Positions 1-13,745 of a stretch of 64,000 nucleotides of DNA are shown piece by piece. How positions within the stretch are numbered: the stretch's first letter is position 1; each line of letters begins with the position of its first letter. The notes beneath the pieces were generated by a model that was not told the DNA's origin, did no database searches, and worked only from the letters and a program-made list of their open reading frames with translations. The DNA is from Mobula hypostoma (Eukaryota). The stretch spans positions 248,436,001 through 248,500,000 of the forward strand of contig NC_086097.1 of assembly GCF_963921235.1 (NCBI RefSeq), given 5' to 3'. A program made the translations under genes and the position numbers.

Positions 1-19
1 GTCCAAAATCCACTCTCAC

Positions 20-325
20 CTCTCTTTTACACTTCCAGTCTTACACAGTGGCACCTCCACATCAGATGGTGATGCAACCAGTCAGATTACTCTCCATGTT
101 CACCTATAGAAACTTATGATTGTCTTTGGTGGTACATCATTTCTCCTCAAACTCCTAATGAAATATAGCCGCTGGCATGCCTTCTTTGTAATTACATCAA
201 TCTGTTGGGCGCAGAGTAGATTTTCAGAGATAATGACATCCAGGAGCTTGAATCTACTCACCCTTCCCACTTCTGATCCCTTGATGAGGCCTGGTGTGTG
301 GTCCCTCGATTTCATCTAATACTCA
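20..325 (-). mobile_element. Decayed non-LTR retrotransposon 3' fragment (Rex1/L2-like)
   Basis: ORF 100..315 KKACQRLYFIRSLRR resembles the post-RT region of the Rex1 copy at 38352-38867. Confidence 0.55.
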
Positions 326-634
326 CTCTGCCAGACCAAAAAGAAAGGCAGAGGTCAATCCTAAAAAACTCACTGGTATTGAGTCAGAACAAGTCTAGCT
401 TTCAATGTAATTACCATCAGGGTTTTGTCTTCACAGATTTTACTGTTAATTTGACCTTTGAACACTGCAATGTTAAGCAGAACGAAGAGATTTTATTGAA
501 CAGACTCGGCATAGAGTCAAAGAATCTGCACTACACATTAAGTAGCTCATTTGCTGAAATCAGAATCTGACCAGCAAAGATAAGTTCCTGCAAATTCAAT
601 GGCAGCTGACTTAAATTTTCAAAGGGGCAATCTA

Positions 635-2536
635 TACCCATTGGCCACTTCATTAGGTACCTCCTGCACCTAATTAATGTGACCACTGAGTGTATGTTCC
701 TGGTCTTCTGCTGCTGTAGCCCGTCCACTTCACGGTTCAACATGTTGTGCATTCAGAGATGCTCTTCTGCACACCGTTGTTGTAACTTGTGATTATTTAA
801 GTTACTGTCACTTTCCTGTCAGCTTAAACCAGCCTTGCCATTCTCTTCTGACCTTTCTCATTAACAAGGAGTTTTCACCTACAGAACTACTGCTATTGGA
901 AGCAGTGAAATCATCAAAGTCAGCATGGATTTGTGAAAGGAAAATCATGTCTGACGAATCTTATAGAATTCTTTGAGGATGTAACTAGTAGAGTGGATAG
1001 GGGAGAACCAGTGGATGTGGTATATTTGAATTTTCAAAAGGCTTTTGACAAGGTCCCACACAGGAGATTAGTGTGCAAATTTAAAGCACATGGTATTGGG
1101 GGTAAGGTATTGATGTGGATAGAGAATTAATTGGTTGGCAGACAGGAAGCAAAGAGTGGGAATAAACGGGACCTTTTCAGAATGGCAGGCGGTGACTAGT
1201 GGGGTACCGCAAGGCTCAGTGCTGGGACCCCAGTTGTTTACAATATATATTAATGACTTAGACGAGGGAATTAAATGCAGCATCTCCAAGTTTGCGGATG
1301 ACAGGAAGCTGGGCGGCAGTGTTAGCTGTGAGGAGGATGCTAAGAGGATGCAGGGTGACTTGGATAGGTTGGGTGAGTGGGCAAATTCATGGCAGATGCA
1401 ATTTAATGTGGATAAATGTGAGGTCATCCACTTTCGTGGCAAGAACAGGAAAACAGATTATTATCTGAATGGTGGCCGATTAGGAAAAGGGGAGGTGCAA
1501 CGAGATCTGGGTGTCATTATACACCAGTCATTGAAAGTGGGCATGTAGGTACAGCAGGCGGTGAAAAAGGCGAACGGTATGCTGGCATTCATAGCAAGAG
1601 GATTCGAGTACAGGAGCAGGGAGGTACTACTGCAGTTGTACAAGGCCTTGGTGAGACCACACCTGGAGTATTGTGTGTAGTTTTGGTCCCCTAATCTGAG
1701 AAAAGACATTCTTGCCATAGAGGGAGTACAAAGAAGGTTCACCAGATTGATTCCTGGGATGGCAGGACTTTCATATGATGAAAGACTGGATCGACTAGGC
1801 TTATACTCGTTGGAATTTAGAAGATTGAGGGGGGGATCTTATTGAAACATATAAAATCCTAAAGGGATTGGACAGGCTAGATGCAGGAAGATTGTTCCCG
1901 ATGTTGGGGAAGTCCAGAACGAGGGGTCACAGTTTGAGGATAAAGGGGAAGCCTTTTAGGACTGAGATTAGGAAAAACTTCTTCACACAGAGAGTGGTGA
2001 ATCTGTGGAATTCTCTGCCACAGGAAACAGTTGAGGCCAGTTTATTGGCTATATTTAAGAGGGAGTTGGATATGGCCCTTGTGGCTACGGGGATCAGGGG
2101 GTATGGGGGGAAGGCTGGTACAGGGTTCTGAGTTGGATGATCAGCCATGATCATACTGAATGGTGGTGCAGGCTCGAAGGGCCGAATGGCCTACTCCTGC
2201 ACCTATTTTCTATGTTTCTATGCTCACTGGATGGTTTTTGTTTGTTTTTTGCACCATTCTGTGTAAAGTTTAAGAGACTGCTGTGTATGAAAATCCCAGG
2301 AGATCAGCAGTTTCTGAGATACTCAAACTAGCCCATCTGCCACCAACAATCATTCCACGGTCAAAGTCACTTAGATCACATTTCTTCCCCATTCTGATGT
2401 TTGGTCTGAGCAACTAAACCTCTTGATCATGTCGGCATGCTTTTATGCATTGAGTTGCCACAACATGATTAACTGATTAGATATTTGCATTAATGAGCAG
2501 GTGTATAGGTGTACCTAATAAAGTGGCCACTGAGCG
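635..2536. mobile_element. Tc1/mariner-type non-autonomous element split by a CR1 insertion
   Basis: TIRs tacccattggccacttcattaggtac and gtacctaataaagtggccactgagcg, flanked by TA at 633-634 and 2537-2538. Confidence 0.7.
895..2221 (+). mobile_element. CR1 LINE, 5'-truncated RT/3' end, inactivated
   Basis: Motifs [33 protein letters not shown]; internal stops; 3' tail tctatgtttctatg. Confidence 0.92.
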
Positions 2537-2629
2537 TAATTTGAACAACTGAAATATTGAGACGTATCACCTTTGAGACACTCCTATTTCTGAGAGATTT
2601 TGAAATTTGACTTGTGCGCCTTTTGAAAG

Positions 2630-2917
2630 GTCTCGGTTCCTTCGATGGTTATCGAGCCGGCATCCAACAACGAGCACGAGGATGATCAGAGTCCTGCCGT
2701 GAACGACGCTGTGGCCGTGCAGGAGGCAGGTGAGGTGCCAGCCAAGGAAGAGAATTCAGCTCCGGTGCCCAGTGCAGTGGAAGAGACAGAGGAACTGAAT
2801 AGAGCTGAAGATGAGCAGCAAGTCAATGCAGAGAGTACGGGCGTCCCTCAGCAAGAGAACACACCCGAGGTTGAGGCTGCCAAGCCACAGCCCATGCCTC
2901 CTGGCTTCATGTACAAG
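2630..2917 (+). CDS. AMPH: Amphiphysin internal coding exon (acidic linker up to start of SH3)
   Basis: Bounded by ttttgaaag|GTC and AAG|gtatca; 288 nt, phase 0. Encodes VSVPSMVIEPASNNEHE...QPMPPGFMYK, matching amphiphysin-1 motifs PSVVIEPASN and LPPGFLYK. Confidence 0.93.
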
Positions 2918-3009
2918 GTATCACTGTTACTACAAATCAACCGCCGACAAATTGTCATGAGGCTTTCTTTAAAATAACATTAATGAGCATGTCTACAAGG
3001 AGAGCTGCC

Positions 3010-3560
3010 ATAAGACCATAAGATATAGGAGTAGAATTTGGACATTGGCCCATCAAGTCTACCCTGCCATTTCATCATGGATAATCTATTTCCCTCTCAG
3101 CCCCAATCTCCTGCCTTCTCCCCGTATCCATTCAAGCCCAGATCAATCAAGAATCTATCACCTCTGCCTTGAATACTGTACACCCAATAACTTGTCCTCC
3201 ACAGCCACCTGTGGCAATGAATTCCACAGGTTCACCACTCTCAGGCTAATGAAATTCCTCCTCACCTCCATTCTAAATGGACTTCCCTCTATTCTGAGGC
3301 TGTGTTCTCTGGTCTTAGACTCCCTCACCACAGGAAACATCCTCTCCACATCCACTCTATCGAGCCCTTTCAACATCCGACAGGTTTCAATGAAGTCACC
3401 CCTCATTCTTCTGAATTCCAGTGATTACAGGCCCAGGGTCATCAAAACGTTCCTCTTATGATAAGCTTTTCAATCCCAAAATCATTTTCACGAACCTCCT
3501 CTGAACTCTGTCCAATTTCAGCACATTCTTTCTGAGGTAAAGGGCCCAAAACTGCTCACA
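3010..3560 (-). mobile_element. CR1 3' fragment
   Basis: ORF 3158..3406 RGDFIET...RVVNLWNSLP. Confidence 0.85.
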
Positions 3561-3769
3561 AGACCAAGAGAGCAGCTTCCATCAACAATGACCCCCCACC
3601 ATCCGGGCCGTGCTCTCTTCTCGCTGCTGCCATCTGGAAGGTGATAGAAGAGCCTTAGGTCCCACACCACCAGGCTCAGAAAAAATTATGACCCTTCAAC
3701 CATCAGGCTCCTGAACCAGCATTGATAACTTCACTCATCTCAACTCTGAACTGATTCCACAACCTGTTG

Positions 3770-3865
3770 CACTCACAAAATGCTGGAGGACCTCAGTAGG
3801 CCAGGCAGCATCTGTGGAAAAGAATACAGTCGACATTTCCGGCCGAGACCCTTCGGCAGAACACG
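3770..3865 (-). mobile_element. Short Penelope-derived element with degenerate hammerhead motif
   Basis: 10-bp TSD caacctgttg (3760-3769, 3866-3875); minus strand reads CTGCCGAAGGGTCTCGGCCGGAAATGTCGACTG. Confidence 0.7.
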
Positions 3866-4255
3866 CAACCTGTTGATTCACCTTCGAGGTCTTTACAACT
3901 CATGTTCTCAGTATTACTTATTTACTTGTGATGACTCGGTGGGCTGAATGGCCTAATTCTGCTCCTATGTCTTATGGTCTTATTTATTTATTATTATTGT
4001 GTTTTTTATAAGCACAGTTTGTCTTCTTTTGCACATTGGCTGTTTGTCAGTGATTGAGAGTAGTTTTTCATTGATTCTGTTGAGTTTTTTCATTCTACTG
4101 TGAATGCCTGTAAAGAAAATGAATCTCAGGGTTGTATATAGTGACGTATGTACTTTGATAGTAAACTTACTTTGGACTTTATGAGGAAAGGTTGCAAGAT
4201 ACATTTTTTTCTCTTTGGAGTGAAGGAAGATGAGAGGTGACTTGATAAAGGTGTT

Positions 4256-5010
4256 TCAAAGGTTTCAAAGGTACAGTTAATGTCAGAGAAATGTATACAA
4301 TATACATCCTTTTTCTTCACAACCATCCACGAAAATAGCAGAATGCCCCTAAAGAATGAATGACAGTTAAATGTTAAAGTCCCCCCTAGCACTCCCCTCC
4401 CCCCACCAGCAAAAAAAAGCATCAGCACCCACCACTGAGCACTCGAGCGTGCAGCAAAGCATAAGCAAAGACACAGACTTGCAGTACCCTAAAGACTACT
4501 CATCCACCCGGTATTCAACATACCACAGGCTCTCTCTCTCCCTAATAAGGGAGAAAGGGATGTCTCCATTTCACAGTGAGAGAGGAGACATAACACACAT
4601 CTCGCTGGTTTATGATGTTAAAAGTCCTTTTCCTGAACTCTATGCCCAAAAATCTCAGGTCTCTGGGCACACAGCCAGTGATCTACCGACTCCCACAGCA
4701 CACCAATTTCCTGCCGGACACCAACATTCGATCTGTCCATCTCCAGAGCCACAAGATCCTAGGCTTCCAAAGGTGAGCTAAACACTTAGGCCGCATCCTT
4801 GGCATGTCGGATCACAGCCAGTCGTGAAACCCCGAGAGTGGGTCCCATTCCCGCAAAGAACTGAAGTCAGCATGTAACTCCAGGTCAGGGATTTCAAAAG
4901 AACCCCGAAAGGGAAAGATAGAGATATTAAAGATGGAAATAGGGCTGTTTCTAAAGATGCAAGCAAAGGAGTTGCCGTTTAGCGCCATCATAACTAAGCT
5001 TCACCCTCTC
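4256..5010 (-). mobile_element. Unclassified non-autonomous non-LTR element inserted in a CR1 remnant
   Basis: Minus-strand tail of (tttgaaacc) repeats at the left end and a GATGGCG-containing 5' end near 4990; CR1 sequence on both sides (gacttgataaaggtgt / aagatgataagag). Confidence 0.4.
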
Positions 5011-5314
5011 TAAAAGATGATAAGAGACTGAGTGGATAATCAGACACATTTTCCAGAGAATGAACATTCAAAATGGATGATTCATCATCCACAAATGTGA
5101 TACTGGCTTATCGTTGCTGGTTTTAATCTTGGAGCTTCCAAGCAATGTGGAAGTAAGTTCACCAGCACACTGCAATGCCCCAAAAACCTCATTTTCCATC
5201 ACCTTAAATGTAATTAGAGACGAGTGAGGAATGTTGGCCATACAAAATAATGCATTTATCCTATAAAACCATTCTCTAAACTGATAGAATTTTATGGATC
5301 AAACTTTCCAACAG

Positions 5315-5416
5315 GTTCAAGCAGTCCATAACTTCGAAGCTGCCAATGACGATGAACTTAACTTACAGCGTGGAGACATTGTGTTAGTGATTCCGTCGGA
5401 GACAATAGAAGACCAG
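5315..5416 (+). CDS. AMPH: Amphiphysin penultimate coding exon (SH3 N-terminal half)
   Basis: ccaacag|GTT...CAG|gtaacc, 102 nt; VQAVHNFEAANDDELNLQRGDIVLVIPSETIEDQ resembles AMPH VETLHDFEAANSDELTLQRGDVVLVVP. Confidence 0.95.
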
Positions 5417-5845
5417 GTAACCAGAATTGAAATGTGGAACAAACCTGCTGAAGTTCCAGTAGCAAGTTTCTTTATACAACTTTGAGAGAGTTTTATAATG
5501 TTATAAAGTACACAGAGCTTAGGGATCTATCTACTCACTGGCAAAGCAGTGGTTGGTCAGTTCTTGGTTAGTCAGAGTATCAAAGGATACAGGGAGAAGG
5601 CAGGAGAAAGGAGTTGAGAGGGAAAATAACTCAGCCATGATGGACTGGTGGAGCAGACTCAATGGGTGGACATCTTATGGTCTAAAATTTTCTCATGATG
5701 AAATGTTATTATTTGCTAATTCTTGTGCATATGCAGGAAAGAAAGATGCCTTTGGGAGGAAATTAAATTTTAAAGTTTCTAAAAGGCTGTTAAGTAGAAC
5801 ATAGAGCATAGAACAGTATAGTAGGTGTCCTTCAGCTAATGATAC

Positions 5846-7708
5846 ATAGAAACATAGAAAATAGGTGCAGGAGTAGGCCATTCGGCCCTTCGAGCCTGCA
5901 CCGCCATTTATTATGATCATGGCTGATCATCCAACTCAGAACCCCACCCCAGCCTTCCCTCCATACCCCCTGACCCCCGTAGCCACAAGGGCCATATCTA
6001 ACTCCCTCTTAAATATAGCCAATGAACTGGCCTCAACTGTTTCCTGTGGCAGAGAATTCCACAGATTCACCACTCTCTGTGTGAAGAAGTTTTTCCTAAT
6101 CTCCATCCTAAAAGGCTTCCCCTCTATCCTCAAACTGTGACCCCTCATTCTGGACTTCCCCAACATCGGGAACAATCTTCCTGCATCTAGCCTGTCCAAT
6201 CCCTTTAGGATCTTATACATTTCAATCAGATCCCCCCTCAATCTTCTAAATTCCAACGAGTACAAGCCCAGTTCATCCAGTCTTTCTTCATATGAAAGTC
6301 CTGCCATCCCAGGAATCAATCTGGTGAACCTTCTTTGTACTCCCTCTATGGCAAGGATGTCTTTCCTCAGATTAGGGGACCAAAACTGCACACAATACTC
6401 CAGGTGTGGTCTCACCAAGGCCTTGTACAACTGCAGTAGTACCTCCCTGCTCCTGTACTCGAATCCTCTCGCTATAAATGCCAGCATACCATTCGCCTTT
6501 TTCACCGCCTGCTGTACCTGCATGCCCACTTTCAATGACTGGTGCATAATGACACCCAGGTCTCGTTGCACCTCCCCTTTTCCTAATCGGCCACCATTCA
6601 GATAATAATCTGTTTTCCTATTTTTGCCACCAAAGTGGATAACTTCACATTTATCCACATTAAATTGCATCTGCCATGAATTTGCCCACTCACCCAACCT
6701 ATCCAAGTCACCCTGCATCCTCTTAGCATCCTCCTCACAGCTAACACTGCCACCCAGCTTCGTGTCATTCGCAAACTTGGGAGATGCTGCATTTAAATCC
6801 CTCATCCAAGTCATTAATATATATTGTAAACAACTGGGGTCCCAGCACTGAGCCTTGCGGTACCCCACTAGTTACCGCCTGCCATTCTGAAAAGGTCCCG
6901 TTTATTCCCACTCTTTGCTTCCTGTCTGCTAACCAATTCTCTATCCACATCAATACCTTACCCCCAATACCGTGTGCTCTAAGTTTGCACACTAATCTCC
7001 TGTGTGGGACCTTGTCAAAAGCCTTTTGAAAATCCAAATATACCACATCCACTGGTTCCCCCCTATCCACTCTACTGGTTACATCCTCAAAAAATTCTAT
7101 GAGATTCGTCAGACATGATTTTCCTTTCACAAATCCATGCTGACTTTGTCCGATCATTTCACCACTTTCCAAATGTGCTGTTATCACATCCTTGATAACT
7201 GACTCCAGCAGTTTCCCCACCACCGACGTTAGGCTAACCGGTCTATAATTCCCCGGTTTCTCTCTCCCTCCTTTTTTAAAAAGTGGGGTTACATTAGCCA
7301 CCCTCCAATCCTCAGGAACTAGTCCAGAATCTAACGAGTTTTGAAAAATTATCACTAATGCATCCACTATTTCTTGGGCTACTTCCTTAAGCACTCTAGG
7401 ATGCAGACCATCTGGCCCTGGGGATTTATCTGCCTTCAATCCCTTCAATTTACCTAACACCACTTCCCTACTAACATCTATTTCGCTCAGTTCCTCCATC
7501 TCACTGGACCCTCTGTCCCCTACTATTTCTGGAAGATTATTTATGTCCTCCTTAGTGAAGACAGAACCAAAGTAATTATTCAATTAGTCTGCCATGTCCT
7601 TGCTCCCCATAATCAATTCACCTGTTTCTGTCTGCAGGGGACCTACATTTGTCTTTACCAGTCCTTTCCTTTTTACATATCTATAAAAGCTTTTACAGTC
7701 CGTTTTTA
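5846..7708 (-). mobile_element. Young CR1 LINE, 5'-truncated ORF2 (RT) with a frameshift near 6781
   Basis: Overlapping ORFs 6765..7583 and 5936..6868 together cover YRPVSLTS to RVVNLWNSLP; nearly identical to the copies at 895-2221 and 12168-13152. Confidence 0.95.
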
Positions 7709-7734
7709 TGTGATACTATGCTGATTGACATACC

Positions 7735-8258
7735 ATAGGACTATAAGATATAGGAGCAGAATTAGGCCATTTGGCCTACTTAGTCTGCTCCACTATTTCA
7801 TCATGATTGATCCATTATTCCTCTCAGCCCCAATCTTCTGCCTTCTCCCCGTAACTCTTCATGCCCTGACTAATCAAGAATCTATCAACCTCTGTCTTAA
7901 TCTATACCCAGTGACTTGGCGTCCAGAGCTGCCTGTGGCAACGAATTTCGCAGATTCACCACTCTCCGGCTAAATAAATTCCTCATCTCCATTCTAAATG
8001 GACACCCCTCTATTCTGAGCTGGTGTCTTCTGGTCTTCAACTCTACCACCATAAGAAATATCCTCACCACATCCACTCTACCCAGGCCTTTCAACATTCG
8101 ATAGGTTTCAATGAGGTCACCCCTCATTTTTCTGAATTTTAGTGAGTGGAGGCCCAGAGCCATCATATGATAAGCCATTCAATCCTGAAATCATTTTCGT
8201 GAACTCCTTTCAGCCCACTCCAATGTCAGCACATCCTTTCTAAGATAAGGGGCCCAAA
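7735..8258 (-). mobile_element. CR1 3' fragment
   Basis: ORF 7897..8178 RGDLIETY...RVVNLRNSLP. Confidence 0.85.
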
Positions 8259-8259
8259 A

Positions 8260-9877
8260 GGGGAACTTGATGATGGTGAGGACAATATGAGTGAGGTTGA
8301 AGTTCTGGAGCACATTGATATCAAAGGAGAGGAGGTGTTGGAGTTGTTAAAATACGTTAGGATAGTTAAGTCCCCAGGGCCTGATGGAATATTCCTCAGG
8401 CTGCTTCACGAGGCGAGGGAAGAGATTGCTGAGCCTCTGGCGAAGATCCTTATGTCCTCATTGTTCACGGGAATGGTACCAGAGGATTGGAGGGAGGCGA
8501 ATGTTGTCCCCTTGTTCAAAAAAGGTAGTAGGGATAGTACGGGTAATTATAGACCAGTGAGCCTTACGTCTGTGGTGGGAAAGCTGTTGGAAAAGATTCT
8601 TAGAGATAGGATCTATGGGCATTTAGAGAATCATGGTCTGATCAGGGACAGTCAGCATGGCTTTGTGAAGGGCAGATCATGTCTAACAAGCCTGATAGAG
8701 TTCCTTGAGGAGATGACCAGGCATATAGATGAGGGTAGTGTAGTGGATGTGATTCTCATGGATTTTAGTAAGGCATTTGACAAAGTTCCACATGGTAGGC
8801 TTATTCAGAAAGTCAGAAGGCATGGGATCCAGGGAAGTTTGGCCAGGTAGATTCAGAATTTGCTTGCCTGCAGAAGGCAGAGGGTCATGGTGGAGGGAGT
8901 ACATTCAGATTGAAGGATTGTGACTATTGGTCTCCCACAAGGATCGGTTCTGGGACCTCTACTTTTCGTGTTATTAACAACCTGGACGTGGGGGTAGAAG
9001 GGTGGGTTAGTGGTGTTGTAGATAGTGTAGAGGATTATCGAAGATTGCAGAGAGACATTGATAGGATGCAGAAGTGGGCTGAGAAGTGGCAGATGGGAGT
9101 TCAACCCAGAGCAGTGTGAGGTGGTACACTTTGGAAGGACAAACTCCAAGGCAGAGTACAAAGTAAATGGCAGGATACTTGGTAGTGTGGAGGAGCAGAG
9201 GGATCTGGGGGTACATGTCCACATATCCCTGAAAGTTGCCTCACAGGTAGATAGGGTAATTAAGAAAGCTTATGGGGTGTTAGCTTTCATAAGTCAAGGG
9301 ATAGAGTTTAAGAGTCGCAATGTAATGATGCAGCTCTATAAAACTCTGGTTAGGCCACACTTGGAGTACTATGTCCAGTTCTGGTCACCTCACTATAGGA
9401 AGGATGTGGAAGCATTGGAAAGGGTACAGAGGGGATTTACCAGGATGCTGCCTGGTTTAGAAAGTATGCATTATGATCAGAGATTAAGGGAGCTAGGGTT
9501 TTACTCTTTGGAGAGAAGGATGATGAGAGGAGACATGATAGAGGTGTACAAGATATTAAGAGGAATAGATAGAGTGGATAGCCAGCACCTCTTCCCCAGG
9601 GCACCACTGCTCAATACAAGAGGACATGGCTTTAAGGTAAGGGGTGGGAAGTTCAAGGGGGATATTAGAGGAAGGTTTTTTACTCAGAGAGTGGTTGGTG
9701 CATGGAATGCGCTGCCTGAGTCAGTGGTGGAGGCAGATACACTGGTGAAGTTTAAGACTACTAGACACGTATATGGAGAAATTTAAGGTGGGGGGTTATA
9801 TGGGAGGCAGAGTTTGAGGGTCAGCACAACATTGTGGGCCGAAGGGCCTGTAATGTGCTGTACTATTCTATGTTCTA
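8260..9877 (+). mobile_element. CR1 LINE (second subfamily), ORF2 RT region, disrupted
   Basis: ORFs 8287..8850 and 9058..9786 (KSPGPDGI, QHGFVKGRSCLT, RPHLEY); 3' tail attctatgttctat. Confidence 0.92.
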
Positions 9878-10084
9878 TTAAAATTGCTCACAATACTCCA
9901 ACATACTCCATGGTCAATCTATCTCTTTCCTCCTGTACAGCCCATATTCCTCCATTTTTCTTACATCCATGTGTCTATCTAAGTCTCTATTATGCTCCCA
10001 TTGTATCAGACTTCACCATCAACCCAACAATGTTTTCACTCTTCTCATCAGATTTCTGAACAGTTCAACTCTACCTCACGACTT

Positions 10085-11330
10085 GGCCTAATTAGGGAGA
10101 GTCAGCATGGCTTTGTGTGGTTTAGGTAATGTTTTACCAACTTGATTGAGTTTTTTGACAAGGTGAGGAGAGAGATTGATGAGGGTAGGGCAGTGGATGT
10201 TGTCTACATGGATTTCAGTAAGGCCTTTGACAAAGTCCCTCATGGGAGGCTAATCCAGAAGATTAAGATGCATGTGATCTGCGGCAAATTGGCAGTTTGG
10301 ATTCAGAACTGGCTTGTGCACAGAAGACAGAAGGTAGTGGTTGAAGGGACTTGCTCAGGCTGGAGGTTTGTAATTAGTGGTGTTCCACAGGGATCTGTGC
10401 TGGGACCTCTGCTATCTGTGATGTCTATAAATGACCTGAATGAAAATATAGATGGGTGGGTTGGTAAATTTGTGGATGATACCAAGATTGGTGGTGTTGT
10501 GGATAGTGTAGAAGACTGATAAAGAATATAGCAAGATATGGATCAGTTGCAAATATGGACAGAGAGATGGCAGATGGAGTTTAACCCAGATGAATGTGAG
10601 GTGTTGAACCTTAGTAGGGCAAATGCAAGGAGACAGCACATTGTTAAGGGCAAGAGTGTTAGTAGTGTTGCTGAGCAGAGAGACCTTGGGGTCCAAGTTC
10701 ATAGCTCCTTGAAAGTGGCTACACAGGTCGATAGGGTGGTTAAGAATTTTTATGGAATGCTTGCTTTTATTTGAGTTCAAAAACCAAGAGGTTATGCTGC
10801 AACTCGGTGCAAAAAACTCCGGTTAGGCCACATCTGGAGTATTGCACACAGTTCTGGTCACCCCACTATAGGAAGGATGTCGAGGCTTTGGACAGGATGC
10901 AGAAGAGGTTTACCAGGATGCTGCCTGGTTTAGAGAGCATGTGCTGGATAAATTTGCTTGTTTTCTTCAGAACGACAGAAGCTGAGGGAGATCTGATAGA
11001 GGCTTATAAGATTAAGAGAGGCATCCACAGAGTGAACAGAGAGTATCTGTTTCCCAGGGTTGAAATGTCTAACACGAGAGAGCATGCATTCAATTTGAGA
11101 GGGGGTGTGAAGGGCAAGTTTTTTACTCAGAGAGTGGTGGATGCCTGGAATGCGCTGCCTGGTGTGGTGGTAGAGGCAAATACATGAGCAATGTTTAGAT
11201 AGGCACATGGATATGAGGGAGATGGAGGAATATGGACACAGTGTAGGTAGGAGGGATTAGTTTTTGGAAGGTTTTTGGTTTACTTTTTTAGCTGGTTCGG
11301 CACAACACTGTGTTGTACTGTTATAGGTTC
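10085..11330 (+). mobile_element. CR1 LINE RT fragment, decayed
   Basis: ORFs 10142..10519, 10538..10774 and 10771..11187 with [11 protein letters not shown] and KFVDDTK. Confidence 0.9.
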
Positions 11331-11903
11331 TACGACAGTAATGCCTGATACCTATGGAACAGAAATGTTTCTTAGAGTCACAGAGCACTACAGCTCAGAA
11401 ACAGGCCCTTCAGCCCATCTAGTCTGTGCCAGACTGTTATTATGCCTAGTCCCATTGGCCCGTACATGGACCGTAGCTCTTCATACCCTTCCCGTCCATG
11501 TTCTTATCGGAATCAGGTTTAATATCACTGGCATACATAGTGAAATTTGCAGTTCAATGCAATATATAATAATAGAGAAAAAACTGTGAATTACAGTAAG
11601 GGTATATATTTTAAATAGTAAAATAAGTCGTACAAAAAACAGAAATAGAAATGTAGTGGGGTAGTGTTCACAGGTTCAATGTCCATTCAGAAATCGGATG
11701 GCAGAGGAGAAGCTGTTGCTGAATCACTGAGTGTGGGCCTTCAGGCTTCTGTACCTCCTTTCTGATGGCAGCAATGAGAACAAGGCATAACCTGGGTAAT
11801 GGGGGTCCTTAATGATGGATGCTTTGTCTTTGAGGCATCGCTTACTGAAACTTCTCTCAAAGTTTGCAATCCATCGCCTTCACCGGCAGCTCACTCCACC
11901 CCA

Positions 11904-13415
11904 AGTGGTCACCGAATTACAGGAAAGATGTCAACAAAATAGAGAGAGTACAGGGAAGATTTACTAGAATGTTACCTGGATTTCAGCACCTAAGTTATAG
12001 AGAAAGGTTGAACAAGTTGGGTCTTTATTCTTTAGAGCATAGAAGGTTGAGGGGGGACTTGATAGAGGTATTTAAAATTATGAGGGGGATAGATAGAGTT
12101 GACGTGGATAGGCTTTTTCCATTGAGAGTAGGGGAGATTCAAACAAGAGGACATGAGTTGAGAGTTAAACATAGAAACATAGAAAATAGGTGCAGGAGTA
12201 GGCCATTTGGCCCTTTGAGCCTGCACCGCCATTTATTATGATCATGGCTGATCATCCAACTTAGAACCCCGCCCTAGCCTTCCCTCCATACCCCCTGACC
12301 CCCGTAGCCACAAGGGCCATATCTAACTCCCTCTTAAATATAGCCAATGAACTGGCCTCAACTGTTTCCTGTGGCAGAGAATTCCACAGATTCACCACTC
12401 TCTGTGTGAAGAAGTTTTTCCTAATCTCGGTCCTAAAAGGCTTCCCCTCTATCCTCAAACTGTGGCCCCTCATTCTGGACTTCCCCAACATCGGGAACAA
12501 TCTTCCTGCATCTAGCCTGTCCAATCCCTTTAGGATCTTATACGTTTCAATCAGATCCCCCCTCAATCTTCTAAATTCCAACGAGTACAAGCCCAGTTCA
12601 TCCAGTCTTTCTTCATATGAAAGTCCTGCCATCCCAGGAATCAATCTGGTGAACCTTCTTTGTACTCCCTGTATGGCAAGGATGTCTTTCCTCAGATTAG
12701 GGGACCAAAACTGCACACAATACTCCAGGTGTGGTCTCACCAAGGCCTTGTACAACTGCAGTAGTACCTCCCTGCTCCTGTACTCGAATCCTCTCGCTAT
12801 AAATGCCAGCATACCATTCGCCTTTTTCACCGCCTGCTGTACCTGCATGCCCACTTTCAATGACTGGTGTATAATGACACCCAGGTCTCGTTGCACCTCC
12901 CCTTTTCCTAATCAGCCACCATTCAGATAATAATCTGTTTTCCTATTTTTGCCACCAAAGTGGATAACTTCACATTTATCCACATTAAATTGCATCTGCC
13001 ATGAATTTGCCCACTCACCCAACCTATCCAAGTCACCCTGCATCCTCTTAGCATCCTCCTCCCAGCTAACACTGCCACCCAGCTTCGTGTCATCTGCAAA
13101 CTTGGAGATGCTGCATTTAATTCCCTCATCCAAGTCATTAATATATATTGTAAAGGGCAAAAGTTTAGGGGTAACATGAGGGGGAACTTCTTTACTCAGA
13201 GAGTGGTAGCTGTGTGGAACGAGCTTCCAGCAGAAGTGGTTGAGGCAGGTTCGATGTTGTCGTTTAAAGTTAAATTGGATGGATATATGGACAGGAAGGG
13301 AATGGAGGGTTATGGACTGAGTGCAGGTTGGTGGGACTAGGGGAGAGTAAGAGTTCGGCACAGACTAGAAGGGCCAAGATGGCCTGTTTCCGTGCTGTAA
13401 TTGTTATATGGTTAT
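11904..13415 (+). mobile_element. CR1 3' fragment interrupted by an antisense young CR1
   Basis: WSPNYRKD...QTRGHELRVK breaks at about 12167 and resumes as agggcaaaagtttagg at about 13153. Confidence 0.85.
12168..13152 (-). mobile_element. Young CR1 3' fragment (nested)
   Basis: ORF 12261..12896; nearly identical to 5846-6830. Confidence 0.93.
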
Positions 13416-13745
13416 AAGTGAAGAAGCTCCCCCTCAGCTTGCCCTTCACCCTTGACCTATAACCTCTATTTCTCATCTCACCCAACCTCAGTGGAAAAAG
13501 CCTGGGATAACAGAAAGGAAATTATGTACAAATTCCTTTCAGACACCGGCAGGAATTGAACCCCAATCGCTGGCACTACAAAACAATATGCTAACTGCTA
13601 CATTACCCATAATACTACTACTGCTTGAAGGGTTATCGTTTGTACAGCACATTGCTGAAAGACAAACACTCACATTAAATCTCTGTACAAGCGAGACACT
13701 TCTCATTGTCTTTGACTTGGTAACTTGTTCATGTGCTTTTTCCAG

